Part shown: in pieces, positions 20,495 through 29,555 of the stretch
How the letters are laid out: every line of letters begins with the position of its first letter
Numbering within the stretch: position 1 is the first letter of the stretch
Assembly: GCA_963771075.1 (NCBI GenBank)
Contig: CAVYSE010000003.1
Span: forward strand, 192,001-256,000
Direction of reading: 5' to 3'
Source of the DNA: a candidate division FCPU426 bacterium
GTDB taxonomy: Bacteria; Oederibacteriota; Muellerivitia; Muellerivitales; Muellerivitaceae
DNA length: 64,000 nt
The notes under the pieces: generated by a model
The model's database searches: none
What the model saw: the letters and a program-made list of their open reading frames with translations, nothing else
Told to the model about the DNA's origin: nothing
Made by a program: the position numbers and the translations under genes

Positions 20495-21769
20495 TTACTT
20501 CGCGAAGGGGTTGCTATAGACCGCCTGCTTGCCCAACTCGGCCTCGATCTCCAGGAGCCGGTTGTACTTGCAGATGCGCTCGCTGCGGCAAGCCGAACCC
20601 GTCTTGATCTGGCCGCCACCCATGGCCACCGCCAAATCGGCGATAAAGGCGTCCTCGGTCTCTCCCGAACGGTGGGAGATGATGTAGCCCCATCCAGCCT
20701 TCTGGCACATCTGGATGGTCTCAATGGTCTCGGTGACCGAACCGATCTGGTTGAGTTTGATCAAGACCGAATTGGCGGCCTTTTCCTTGATGCCCTTGGC
20801 CACGAACTGGGTGTTGGTCACGAATAGATCGTCCCCGACGATCTGGATCTTGTCGCCCATAACCTTCGTCATCTCCTTGAAGCCGGCCCAGTCGTTTTCG
20901 GATAAACCGTCCTCGATCGAGACGATGGGGTACTTGTCAATCCAGGCCTTCCACAGATCGACCATCTGCTGGCTATTTTTCTTGCCCTGGCCCGACTTGG
21001 CCATGTCATAGGCGTTGTTCTCGAAGAAGGAACTGGTGGCCGGGTCCAAGGCGATGGCCACATCCTGGCCGGGCTTGAGGCCGGCGTTCTTGATGGCCTC
21101 GACGATGACCTCGCAGGCTTCCTCATTGCTCTTCAGGTTAGGGGCGAAACCGCCCTCGTCGCCCACGCCTGTGGCGTATTTTTGCTTGTGCAGGATGGCC
21201 TTGAGGGCATGAAACACTTCCGAACCCCAGCGCAGGGCTTCGGCGAAGGTAGGAGCCCCGATCGGCATGGCCATGAATTCCTGGAAGTCCACGCTGTTGT
21301 CGGCGTGAACTCCGCCGTTGATGATATTCATCATGGGTGCGGGCAGGCGCTTGGCGCCGGTGCCACCCAGGTAGGCGTAAAGGGGAACCTTGGCCTCGAT
21401 GGAGGCGGCGCGTGCCACGGCCATGGAGACGCCCAGGATTGCGTTGGCGCCCAGTTTTCCCTTATTGGAGGTTCCGTCCAACTCGATCATGCGGTAGTCC
21501 AAATTGGCCTGCTTGAAGGCGTCCATCCCCTTGACGGCCGGGTTGATGGTTTTGTTCACATTTTCCACCGCTTTCAATACACCTTTGCCGCCAAAACGCT
21601 TTTTGTCGCCATCGCGCAATTCCACGGCCTCATGCTCGCCCGTGGAAGCGCCGGAAGGCACCGAAGCGGAAGCGACCACGCCGCTTTCCAGTTCCGCGAA
21701 GACCCGAACGGTTGGATTTCCCCGCGAATCAAGAATTTCCAAGGCTTTGACGGAAGATATCTTTGACAT
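20495..21769 (-). CDS. eno: Enolase
   Basis: [57 protein letters not shown]. Confidence 0.98.
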   Translation of the reverse strand: MSKISSVKALEILDSRGNPTVRVFAELESGVVASASVPSGASTGEHEAVELRDGDKKRFGGKGVLKAVENVNKTINPAVKGMDAFKQANLDYRMIELDGTSNKGKLGANAILGVSMAVARAASIEAKVPLYAYLGGTGAKRLPAPMMNIINGGVHADNSVDFQEFMAMPIGAPTFAEALRWGSEVFHALKAILHKQKYATGVGDEGGFAPNLKSNEEACEVIVEAIKNAGLKPGQDVAIALDPATSSFFENNAYDMAKSGQGKKNSQQMVDLWKAWIDKYPIVSIEDGLSENDWAGFKEMTKVMGDKIQIVGDDLFVTNTQFVAKGIKEKAANSVLIKLNQIGSVTETIETIQMCQKAGWGYIISHRSGETEDAFIADLAVAMGGGQIKTGSACRSERICKYNRLLEIEAELGKQAVYSNPFAK

Positions 21770-22017
21770 TTTTCAACTCTCCTTTAAACAGGTGGATGCC
21801 GCTTCCCGACATCTTATTCTTATGCCGTTTCCGGCCAATATGACTTGAGTCTTACAACGATCCGACAAATTTAAGGGTACCTCTAAAAAACGGCTTTAAA
21901 ATTTTGTCGGCATGTGGTGAATATTTATATGTTCCCTTCATGTTTTCAATAATGAATCATCGAAAGGCACCTGATTTTACACAAACTTTTCCCCGACCGA
22001 GGGGGATAAATTGAAAT

Positions 22018-22386
22018 TTAATCCAGTTTCGGGGTTTGGGTATGTTTGCCAGATTCATGATGATAATGAAGAACCTGGATATCCTGTATCGTCACCAAAC
22101 AATGCTTAGGAAGCATTGGCTCAACTGCGTTAAGGGCCTTGTGAATCTCCTTGGGATTGTCCACCACCTCAATAATCATAGGTAGGTTCTCGGTAACTTC
22201 GATGATCCGCCCCGTGTGCATGTGCAGGGAGGATCCAAACCCCTCGATTCCCTTGAAGACCGTCGCTCCCGCCAACTTTAGCTCGATCAGTTTGTCCATG
22301 ATGGCCTTATAAACCAGTTTGCCCTCATATTTCTTGTCTTCGTCCACAAAGATACGAAGGATTTTGCATTTCCCCACGATGGACAT
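22018..22386 (-). CDS. DUF190 family PII-like protein
   Basis: LRIFVDE, AGATVFKGIEGFG, LPMIIEVVD; ATG 22386 with GGAGG RBS. Confidence 0.85.
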   Translation of the reverse strand: MSIVGKCKILRIFVDEDKKYEGKLVYKAIMDKLIELKLAGATVFKGIEGFGSSLHMHTGRIIEVTENLPMIIEVVDNPKEIHKALNAVEPMLPKHCLVTIQDIQVLHYHHESGKHTQTPKLD

Positions 22387-22559
22387 AACGGCCTCCCTTT
22401 GGAGTGATAAAGGCTCGTTCAACGGTTCCTACTTTACCACTCCGGTCAAACCGCATTGAAATTATCGGCCTTCCAATTAAGCACCTGAAAACGCTCATTG
22501 AGGTCCCAGCCCCCAAGTGTTAATTTTAAAGGCTGGCGGATTCTTTCAGGAGGCGGTTC

Positions 22560-23498
22560 TTGAAGCGCATCTTTGGCTATCGAATCTTATTCCTTACCCT
22601 AATGGCACTCTTAAGTGGGGCCGGATGCACTTCCCTCTATATGCAAAGCACCTGGCTGAACCGGGACCTTTCCATAAACGGGAGCGCCCAGGACATTCCG
22701 GGGGGAGTCAATACCCTTTACGGGGATAAGATCTACCTGGGTGCCTCCAATAACAGCCTTTACCTCTGGCTCGCCTTGGTCATTAAGGATTCGGAAGGGA
22801 ATGTCTATTCCAACTATTCCCATGCCATCGCCTTGGACGGACTGACCGTTTGGATCGATCCCGAGGGCGAGGTGGCCAAGACCATCGGCATCCGCTTTCG
22901 GGGCTTGAGCGAGGCCGGAAGCCTTCAAACCATCCCCGCACCGCCCGACGCCCCCGACCAGGGCGGGCAACATCCGCTGGCGGTAGACCTCGCCTCCAAT
23001 GACCTGGAGATCATCAACGAAAAAGGATTCAGCACCTCTGCTTCCACCTGGTACCTGCGGCGTTTTGGGTTCGAGGCCAAAACCTATTACTGGGACAAGA
23101 ACTTCGTTTGCCTGATGAAATTGCCCCTGAAACCGGGAAAAGGTTCGCCCTTCCCCGCCGCCCTGGCCCAGAGCAAAACCCTGGGGGTTGATTTTGAGAG
23201 CGGGCATTTGGAAATTCGCAGGCCGAACAATATTACCCGCAGTGTCGTCCACAGCGGAGCCGCCACCCTCCAACAGGGAGCGGACGTGCCCATTTTGACC
23301 CCGATCATGAAGCCCATGCCCGGTGGCGTCGGTGGGATAGCTGGGGCTATGCAGGCCCAAAGCACGCCGGTCCTAGGGAACGTCGTGGGGGGGCCTGGCG
23401 CGGGCGAGGCTAGCGAGGACCCGGATAAATTGAGCTATTGGTTAAGTATCGATTTGGCATCGAAAAATGGGGCGGTCGCCCCGGCGGCCAAACCCTAA
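22560..23498 (+). CDS. Hypothetical lipoprotein
   Basis: Basic n-region, hydrophobic stretch and lipobox-like GAGC; GGAGG RBS. Confidence 0.65.
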   Translation: MKRIFGYRILFLTLMALLSGAGCTSLYMQSTWLNRDLSINGSAQDIPGGVNTLYGDKIYLGASNNSLYLWLALVIKDSEGNVYSNYSHAIALDGLTVWIDPEGEVAKTIGIRFRGLSEAGSLQTIPAPPDAPDQGGQHPLAVDLASNDLEIINEKGFSTSASTWYLRRFGFEAKTYYWDKNFVCLMKLPLKPGKGSPFPAALAQSKTLGVDFESGHLEIRRPNNITRSVVHSGAATLQQGADVPILTPIMKPMPGGVGGIAGAMQAQSTPVLGNVVGGPGAGEASEDPDKLSYWLSIDLASKNGAVAPAAKP

Positions 23499-23551
23499 AC
23501 GGGTTATACGATCCCTGAGATTGTTTCTTGTTGATGCGGAACATATCTTCA

Positions 23552-23980
23552 TTAAGTCGAGGAGGTTACGGGATCCTCCAAAAAATCTCCGGCCCAGCCT
23601 GGGTTCAATTCCTCTTTTTGGGGGTTGGTCCCTTGGACCGGGTCTCCATTCTGGTCGGCGGTTCTTGAATCAGGCCTGGTTTTATTTTGGATTTCTTTCG
23701 TTAGGTTCCTGGATGCCTCATCCAGGGCCTTTTTGAGCCTGAAAAACCCTATTCGACCGGCATAACGCTCACCCAGTTCCCTTATCAGCCCCTGCGACCC
23801 TTTCAGGTTCGTTCGGCTCCAGGGCCCGCAATAAAGGGCCGCCGATTTGGACCATTCATTAAATAGCCGGGCCCAATCCATGACCTTATGATTCGGAAGC
23901 GGCTGACTCTTGCCAAATTGTGAGATCAAGGAATGTAGCTCCCTATCCAGGCTCGGGTAAAAATCATTCGGATCATCCAA
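23552..23980 (-). CDS. Hypothetical protein, CGPWS-motif family (paralog 2)
   Basis: TTG start at 23980 with GAGGAGG RBS gives MDDPNDFYPSLDRELHSLISQFG, aligning with the upstream paralog N-terminus. Confidence 0.7.
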   Translation of the reverse strand: MDDPNDFYPSLDRELHSLISQFGKSQPLPNHKVMDWARLFNEWSKSAALYCGPWSRTNLKGSQGLIRELGERYAGRIGFFRLKKALDEASRNLTKEIQNKTRPDSRTADQNGDPVQGTNPQKEELNPGWAGDFLEDPVTSST

Positions 23981-24026
23981 TGGATACCTCCTCGTCCAAT
24001 GAAAAAGTGCGGGGATTGTTCCCGGT

Positions 24027-24473
24027 TTATCTCGCAAGGCTTGCTTTTCCCGGGCCTTTACCAGGAGTTTTCGCGAAAGCCTCATCCCAATTGAACCCCA
24101 TTTCATCCTTCCGGGAGACCATCGGATGAGCGGAAACATAACCCAACGCGAAATTTTCCAAATTGGGCTTCAAATCTTTCTTGAGTTCATGGGCGATGTT
24201 CCGGTAAGCCTCGCCCATCGCATTTCCCAGCGACAAATGGCCCGCTCTCCCGGAGGTGGCAATCTCCATTTGGCGGACGATATCGCGCGCGCGCACCAGG
24301 CTCAATTGGCTCCAGGGCCCGCAATGCTTCACGGCCGATTCGGCCCAGCGCAGAAAAAACTTCGCCCAGTCCAGGACCTCCTCGTTGTCGAACCCCTCGC
24401 ACATCCCGAAGTGCATGATCAATACGTTTAATTCATCGTCCAAAACTTCCAGGAAACTCTTCGAGGATTCCAT
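24027..24473 (-). CDS. Hypothetical protein, CGPWS-motif family (paralog 1)
   Basis: GGGGAGGA RBS; shares LDxEL, DWA..F..W..SA...CGPWS and GR.G...L with the downstream gene. Confidence 0.75.
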   Translation of the reverse strand: MESSKSFLEVLDDELNVLIMHFGMCEGFDNEEVLDWAKFFLRWAESAVKHCGPWSQLSLVRARDIVRQMEIATSGRAGHLSLGNAMGEAYRNIAHELKKDLKPNLENFALGYVSAHPMVSRKDEMGFNWDEAFAKTPGKGPGKASLAR

Positions 24474-24571
24474 GCTTCATTCCTCCCCTTTCGGCGACAT
24501 GCCAACCATGACGGGAGATTTTGAAACCGTTTCTTTACCCAGTCCCGTCCGAGGGTATGGGCATCGATAAC

Positions 24572-24586
24572 GCAAACCTCGTGCCA
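24572..24586 (-). promoter_or_regulatory. Sigma54 (-24/-12) promoter candidate
   Basis: Minus strand reads TGGCACGAGGTTTGC, an exact TGGCAC-N5-TTGC match, ~100 bp upstream of ATG 24473. Confidence 0.7.
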
Positions 24587-24921
24587 CATAAGGGAAGATT
24601 AATTAAAGGGATTCGCGATTGAGACCAACGGGAAACAGGGTAAATCCTACCCAAAAGGACATCACGACCCGTTACGAGGTTCAGGACGGACGAAGGCGAA
24701 CACAAACGGAAACCGGCTATTCGGCTTCCCCATATTATCGGCCTTTACTGCAACCCGATCCTTGAATACCATTTCGATTAGGCAGACGAACACATGTTTT
24801 AAGACCAACGGGTGAGCGGAAGGACAGGAAAAAGGGCGAAAGGGTCTATCTGAAATTGACCTGGATAGAAACCCATAATCGGCTCTGGTGGATTCCAAAC
24901 GGGAAATCATGCCGACATCGA

Positions 24922-25851
24922 TTACCGGTCGATGTCGCCTTCGGATTGGAACCCATCCGCGATCACGGTCGATTTCATGTTATTGACGTCCACCAGCAGG
25001 GGTTCCAACAGGATGCTGGGCACTTCCATTTTGCCGTTGTGAACCCTTTTGGTATCGGTAGGAAGGGGATCCTTATTCCCAAGGGCCACCGCCATTTCAG
25101 CGGCCACATGGGCCAATAAATGGACGGGTTTATAAACGGTCATGCTTTGGGTGCCCGCAGTCATTCGTTTGCAGGCCCCCATCTCAGCGTCCATGCCCGT
25201 GACCAACACCTTTCCGGCCAAGCCACGCTCCGACAATGCGTGGATAGCGCCCTGGGCCAGGTTGTCGTTGGTGGCCAGGACCGCGTCCACTTGGTTTCCG
25301 GCCCCATCCAGGGCCTTTTTCAGGATGGCGTGGGCTTCGGAGGGCAGCCAATCCTTCGCTTCCTGCTCCGCCACGATCTTGATGTCGCCGCGGGTAATAT
25401 AAGGCTGAAGGATATTCATCTGGCCTTGGCGGTAAAAGACGGAATTGTTATCCGCCGCTGGACCCCCGATGATCACGTAATTTCCCCGGGGTTTCCGTTT
25501 CACCAGGAAACCCGCTTGAAGTTCCCCGACCTTCACGTTGTCAAAGGAAACGAACAGATCCAGTGCGCAGTCCCTGATGAGTCGGTCATAGGCGATCACC
25601 CGGATTCCTTCCTTGCGGGCGAATTCCACAAGGGGAGCCGAAGTTCCCGTCAGGGATGAGAGGATGACCAGAACATCCGCGAACTTGGTCACCGCCTGGA
25701 GGGCGGCCGGGTCCAGGCTGTCCGAAGCCTGGTTGCTCGCCTGGAACATCACGTTCACGCCCAGGGACCTCACCTTCTCCACGAACAGCCGCCGGTCGGT
25801 CTGCCACCGCTCTTGCACCTGGCCCAGTGGCACAATGAGTTTGACCCGCAT
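24922..25851 (-). CDS. XylF-like sugar-binding protein lacking a signal peptide
   Basis: ERWQTDR, AYDRLI, SFDNVKVG, DNNS, NDNLA, TGMDA, TVYKP. Confidence 0.85.
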   Translation of the reverse strand: MRVKLIVPLGQVQERWQTDRRLFVEKVRSLGVNVMFQASNQASDSLDPAALQAVTKFADVLVILSSLTGTSAPLVEFARKEGIRVIAYDRLIRDCALDLFVSFDNVKVGELQAGFLVKRKPRGNYVIIGGPAADNNSVFYRQGQMNILQPYITRGDIKIVAEQEAKDWLPSEAHAILKKALDGAGNQVDAVLATNDNLAQGAIHALSERGLAGKVLVTGMDAEMGACKRMTAGTQSMTVYKPVHLLAHVAAEMAVALGNKDPLPTDTKRVHNGKMEVPSILLEPLLVDVNNMKSTVIADGFQSEGDIDR

Positions 25852-26079
25852 TCGCTTACCCCCGAACCCTTCACGGTTAAATGTATGTTCATTATATAGA
25901 GGAAGGAATATCAGGGGGCCCGCCCAATCGACTTAGACGGTCTTTTTATCCGTTAAATTACCAATTCAATTATTCAAAGAGGGGCCGCTGGAATAAAAAC
26001 GGCGTTAGGAGCCAATTTAAATGGCCGCTAACGCCGTGGAAAATTAAACCAAAATGGAATCAGCCAGTCAGGTCATTCC

Positions 26080-27402
26080 TTAAATACAGTTAAAGTTCAG
26101 GTCCGCGCAGATCTGGTAAACCTCACCCGAATGGGTGCCTACACCCGAAGGGGTGGTCCCGCCTGATTTCAAGATCACGCCCGACGGCATATCGACGATC
26201 ATCTTGGAAGCCGTCACGCAAAGGTGGCCGGAATTCATGGAGAGGTAAGGCTCGGTCAGGTTGTCCGGCCGGGTATCGGAAAGGGCGTAAAAATGCTCTT
26301 CCAGGGAATGGTCCGTGCCCTGGGTGGAGGGCTGGAACAGGAATCTTTTGCGTTCCGGGATGTGCAGGCTGCTACATACCGTTTCGCTAACCTGAATGCC
26401 CCGGCTGTCCAACAGGTAAAGGCATTCCAGGCCCGGATAATCGTCCATGATCAGGCGAAATTCCTTTTCCATCCCGGAAACCGGCACATCCTTCAGCCTT
26501 AAAAATAGGGCGTCCGCGAGTTTCTTGACCTTATTTTTCAAGCCCCACGTCTGGTTCGCCCTGATCTCCAATCGGCGGCGGAAGCGGTGGGCCAAAAAGG
26601 CCATCCGGGCCCTCAAACCCAGGGAGGGGTCACTGTGGTATTTATCCTTTTGGGTGAAATAACTCCCCTGGAGTAGGTCCGAGCCCAATTCCAGGGCGGT
26701 CAAGGCGTCCTCCTCATTGTCCAATCCCCCGGTAACCACCACGATGCCTAATTCATGGGCCAGCTTCACCGCTTCGATAAAATGGGTCCGCTTCTCTGGA
26801 TTGCGGGCCAGGCCCTGTACCATCCCATCCTCCAGCTTGATCAGGTCGGGATTGAACTTCATTAAAAGGTCGCGGTAGGGGGCACCATCCAGCACGTTCT
26901 TCAAGCAGACCAGGTAATGTTCGTTCTGGTGGTCATGGATGAACCGTAGGACCAGGTCGGTGTCCATTTTAGGGGCCAAGGGAATCTCCACCACCAATTG
27001 CTGGGGGGCCAGACCGTGTTCCGTCACCTGCCGGCGCAGGTAGCCCGAACCCACCGTTCCTTCCACCAGGATGGTTGGTTCCACTTCCATGAACAATAGC
27101 AGGTTGGGTTTATTGATGGACAGGCGCTTGAAGCCCTCCAGTCCCCTCTCTCGAAAAAGGCGGTTCAGCTCAAGTTTGACCTGAAAATCATCCACGCCCT
27201 GGCTCCGCAAAAGCCCCTCCGAGCCCACCAGGTCGAAAGTTTTGGGATCGACCCCACGGTAATGGGCTTCCAACCCGACCACGCCCATCTTTTGGACGGA
27301 AAAAATCGGCTCGTAAAAAGAAGCGACGACTTTTTCCGCCAGCATCATGAACGGCTCACTCAGCTTTTTGCCGTCTTTGACCGGCGTCGAATTCGAGTCC
27401 AT
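26080..27402 (-). CDS. Degenerate EAL-domain protein with C-terminal PDC/Cache-like (YkuI_C-like) domain
   Basis: FYEPIFS...GLEAHYRG, LVVEI, PDLIKL, LGSDLLQG; C-terminal YLLDSRGIQVSET, GTDHS, TEPYLS..SGHLCVT. Confidence 0.8.
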   Translation of the reverse strand: MDSNSTPVKDGKKLSEPFMMLAEKVVASFYEPIFSVQKMGVVGLEAHYRGVDPKTFDLVGSEGLLRSQGVDDFQVKLELNRLFRERGLEGFKRLSINKPNLLLFMEVEPTILVEGTVGSGYLRRQVTEHGLAPQQLVVEIPLAPKMDTDLVLRFIHDHQNEHYLVCLKNVLDGAPYRDLLMKFNPDLIKLEDGMVQGLARNPEKRTHFIEAVKLAHELGIVVVTGGLDNEEDALTALELGSDLLQGSYFTQKDKYHSDPSLGLRARMAFLAHRFRRRLEIRANQTWGLKNKVKKLADALFLRLKDVPVSGMEKEFRLIMDDYPGLECLYLLDSRGIQVSETVCSSLHIPERKRFLFQPSTQGTDHSLEEHFYALSDTRPDNLTEPYLSMNSGHLCVTASKMIVDMPSGVILKSGGTTPSGVGTHSGEVYQICADLNFNCI

Positions 27403-27450
27403 GGCACCCTCCCCAGGTGATAAAAATGTTTGATTTCGCGTGAAGTTAAA

Positions 27451-27465
27451 GCATTTACCATGCCA
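27451..27465 (-). promoter_or_regulatory. Sigma54 promoter candidate upstream of the EAL gene
   Basis: Minus strand TGGCATGGTAAATGC (GG-N10-GC), ~50 bp upstream of ATG 27402. Confidence 0.45.
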
Positions 27466-27698
27466 TTGCAAGGGATGGCAGAAATCATCTCAATGGTTTA
27501 AAAAATGGCGGAAATAATCAACTTATGGTTGGGATAAAGAAATATTCAGGGGAAATCGGAACGGAAATTGTTATGAGTCTGAAGTGTTAACGAATGATTG
27601 GTTGCACATTTCTACATATCTGTCGCCCAGAAATGGTTTTGGAATATTGTTCCCGAAGAGGAGCCTACGGCGTGTGTGGCATTCGTCTTTTTGCGTGG

Positions 27699-28043
27699 TT
27701 ATTTTTCGATGGCCGAATAAGTTGATAAAAAATCAGAAGCGGCTTCCCGCTCGGTCTTATAAACTTTAAAAATGTTGGTCAATTCCATTAATTCGAAAAC
27801 ATGAAAGATCTCATGGGTCATGCCCGAAAGTTTGAGGTCCCCCCCGTTCCTTCGAAAATTCTTGAGCTGACTGACCAAAACGCTGATCCCATCGCTGGTC
27901 ATAAAGGTGAGTCTTTCGAGATCCAGGATCACTTTATATTTCTTGAGCAGAAAAAGATTTTCGAGGAAGGAGGTAAGGTCGTCGGACGAATTGCCATCCA
28001 AGGTCCCTGTTAGGGCCACCACCTCGATGGAGGTATTCGACAT
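27699..28043 (-). CDS. STAS domain anti-sigma factor antagonist
   Basis: LTGTLD, VILDLERLTFMTSDG, GGDLKL, VFELMEL. Confidence 0.88.
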   Translation of the reverse strand: MSNTSIEVVALTGTLDGNSSDDLTSFLENLFLLKKYKVILDLERLTFMTSDGISVLVSQLKNFRRNGGDLKLSGMTHEIFHVFELMELTNIFKVYKTEREAASDFLSTYSAIEK

Positions 28044-28362
28044 TGCCTTACGGCGGGTAATCAACAATTGCCCCATGGACGTACCCTCTTTCCGCTCCCC
28101 TTAAACGGCAACCTAACCGACGACATGATAACCCAATCCTGGATATTGAAAAGGAGGGATATATCCGATATTTAAGAGAATCGGGGTGGGAACCCCAAAA
28201 TTGCACAATGAATGGCCGAACTTTCGTCCCGATCGAATCGATCCTTCCTAAAAGACCGGCTCAGTCCAGGGAATAGGCCTCATGATGCCCGTGGGGGTGA
28301 CACCGGATTAGACTAACTGGGAAAGGAAAATGCCTTACATTCCTAAAAAAGGAAGGCGGGTT

Positions 28363-28929
28363 TCAACGCGAGGCATCCTGGAAGGCCGGGGTCATATCGG
28401 TGATTTGGATTGTAATTTTTTTATTGGGGTTGGCGTCGGGATGGTCCGTCCCATAGTAAAGGAGCCTCAATATCCTTAAGGGGTGGTCGTCGGGAAGATG
28501 GGGTTCGCCATGCGCGTTCTTAGTGACGGCACCTACCAGTATGCAGCCCTTCGATTCTTCCGTCTTGTCGCCCCAGTGGATCAAAACCCCGCTTTTGGGG
28601 TGATTATCCCTTCCCACGGCATTCGCGATCTCGATCAAGAAATCGCCCTCTTTTCCCAATGCCCCATCAGGCCCCGCGACGATCTTTTTGTCCGCTTTCG
28701 TGCGCAAATATCCCCGGTAGGTCCCGGCTTTCACGCACCAGTCGTTGTTTTCGTAGGTGGCCCCGATTTTGGCTCCGTCCACGTAAAGGGTGCCGACGAT
28801 CAGTTTGCCCACCAGTTCTTCACGGAAAATTTGGATCGCGAATTCGTTCGGTTCGCCCGAATGTACGGGTATTCTCAACGCGAAGAGAGCGCACAAGAAA
28901 AAGGAGAGGGCTAATAATATGTTACGCAT
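28363..28929 (-). CDS. Secreted DUF5675-like protein
   Basis: Signal peptide; GTLYVDG, GVLIHWG....SKGCILVG (H...C motif). Confidence 0.7.
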   Translation of the reverse strand: MRNILLALSFFLCALFALRIPVHSGEPNEFAIQIFREELVGKLIVGTLYVDGAKIGATYENNDWCVKAGTYRGYLRTKADKKIVAGPDGALGKEGDFLIEIANAVGRDNHPKSGVLIHWGDKTEESKGCILVGAVTKNAHGEPHLPDDHPLRILRLLYYGTDHPDANPNKKITIQITDMTPAFQDASR

Positions 28930-28998
28930 GGTTCTCCCCGATTATTCCGGACCGCCCGGGAACCGATTCCCGGTTCCCTAATTTTACCCCATTTTCCA

Positions 28999-29256
28999 TC
29001 AACCTTTGGGAAACACGCACCGTTCTCTTTGCTGATACACAAAAACCCAGCCCACATTCCATTCCGCGGGTACTTGGGCCGAAATGAAATAAACGCCGGT
29101 CGGGACCGGGTTGCCCGATTGATCGTTCCCATCCCCAGCCAACCTCACTGCGGATGGGGCCGTCACGTTTTGGCTCCACAAGTTTCTGACTACGGCTCCC
29201 GAATCGTTATAAATGCCGACGTTCAAGGGACTCGGAAAATATTGATCCGTCAACAC
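28999..29256 (-). pseudogene. Orphan FlgD-Ig-like/C-terminal domain fragment
   Basis: VGIYNDSGAVVRNL...GDGNDQSGNPVPTGVYFI resembles the FlgD-like repeats of the neighbouring protein; no signal peptide and an upstream in-frame stop. Confidence 0.5.
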
Positions 29257-29555
29257 GATGGTCAGCTGGGAGGGTACACCGGAAAACGTCGCACAGGGTT
29301 TGATGCTGTGCTTGAAAACAGGATCTCATCCCCCCGGGGACCCGCAAGTCACCGGGAGCACTAGGGGCAAATTCAGCCTGGATGGCTAGTTAACCGCTAT
29401 GAATGGTCGTGAACTTCTTAGGGCCCTACCGCCCTGCCAGTTGATCTATCTCGCGACCTATGCCACCGGAAAATGGCTGGCAGGATCCTGAAAAAATCTT
29501 GAAGGGTATTTTGACTTCCCTAACCTTATCCAATTGCATTGGTTTAAATCTCTAT

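Noticed and set aside
22387..22559. Fluoride riboswitch upstream of DUF190
   Set aside because: No crcB-motif consensus visible and no fluc gene adjacent.
24590..24920. Short repeat AGACCAACGGG (twice) and an 82-aa ORF; possible riboswitch
   Set aside because: Only an 11-bp match; no c-di-GMP riboswitch consensus or convincing coding signal.
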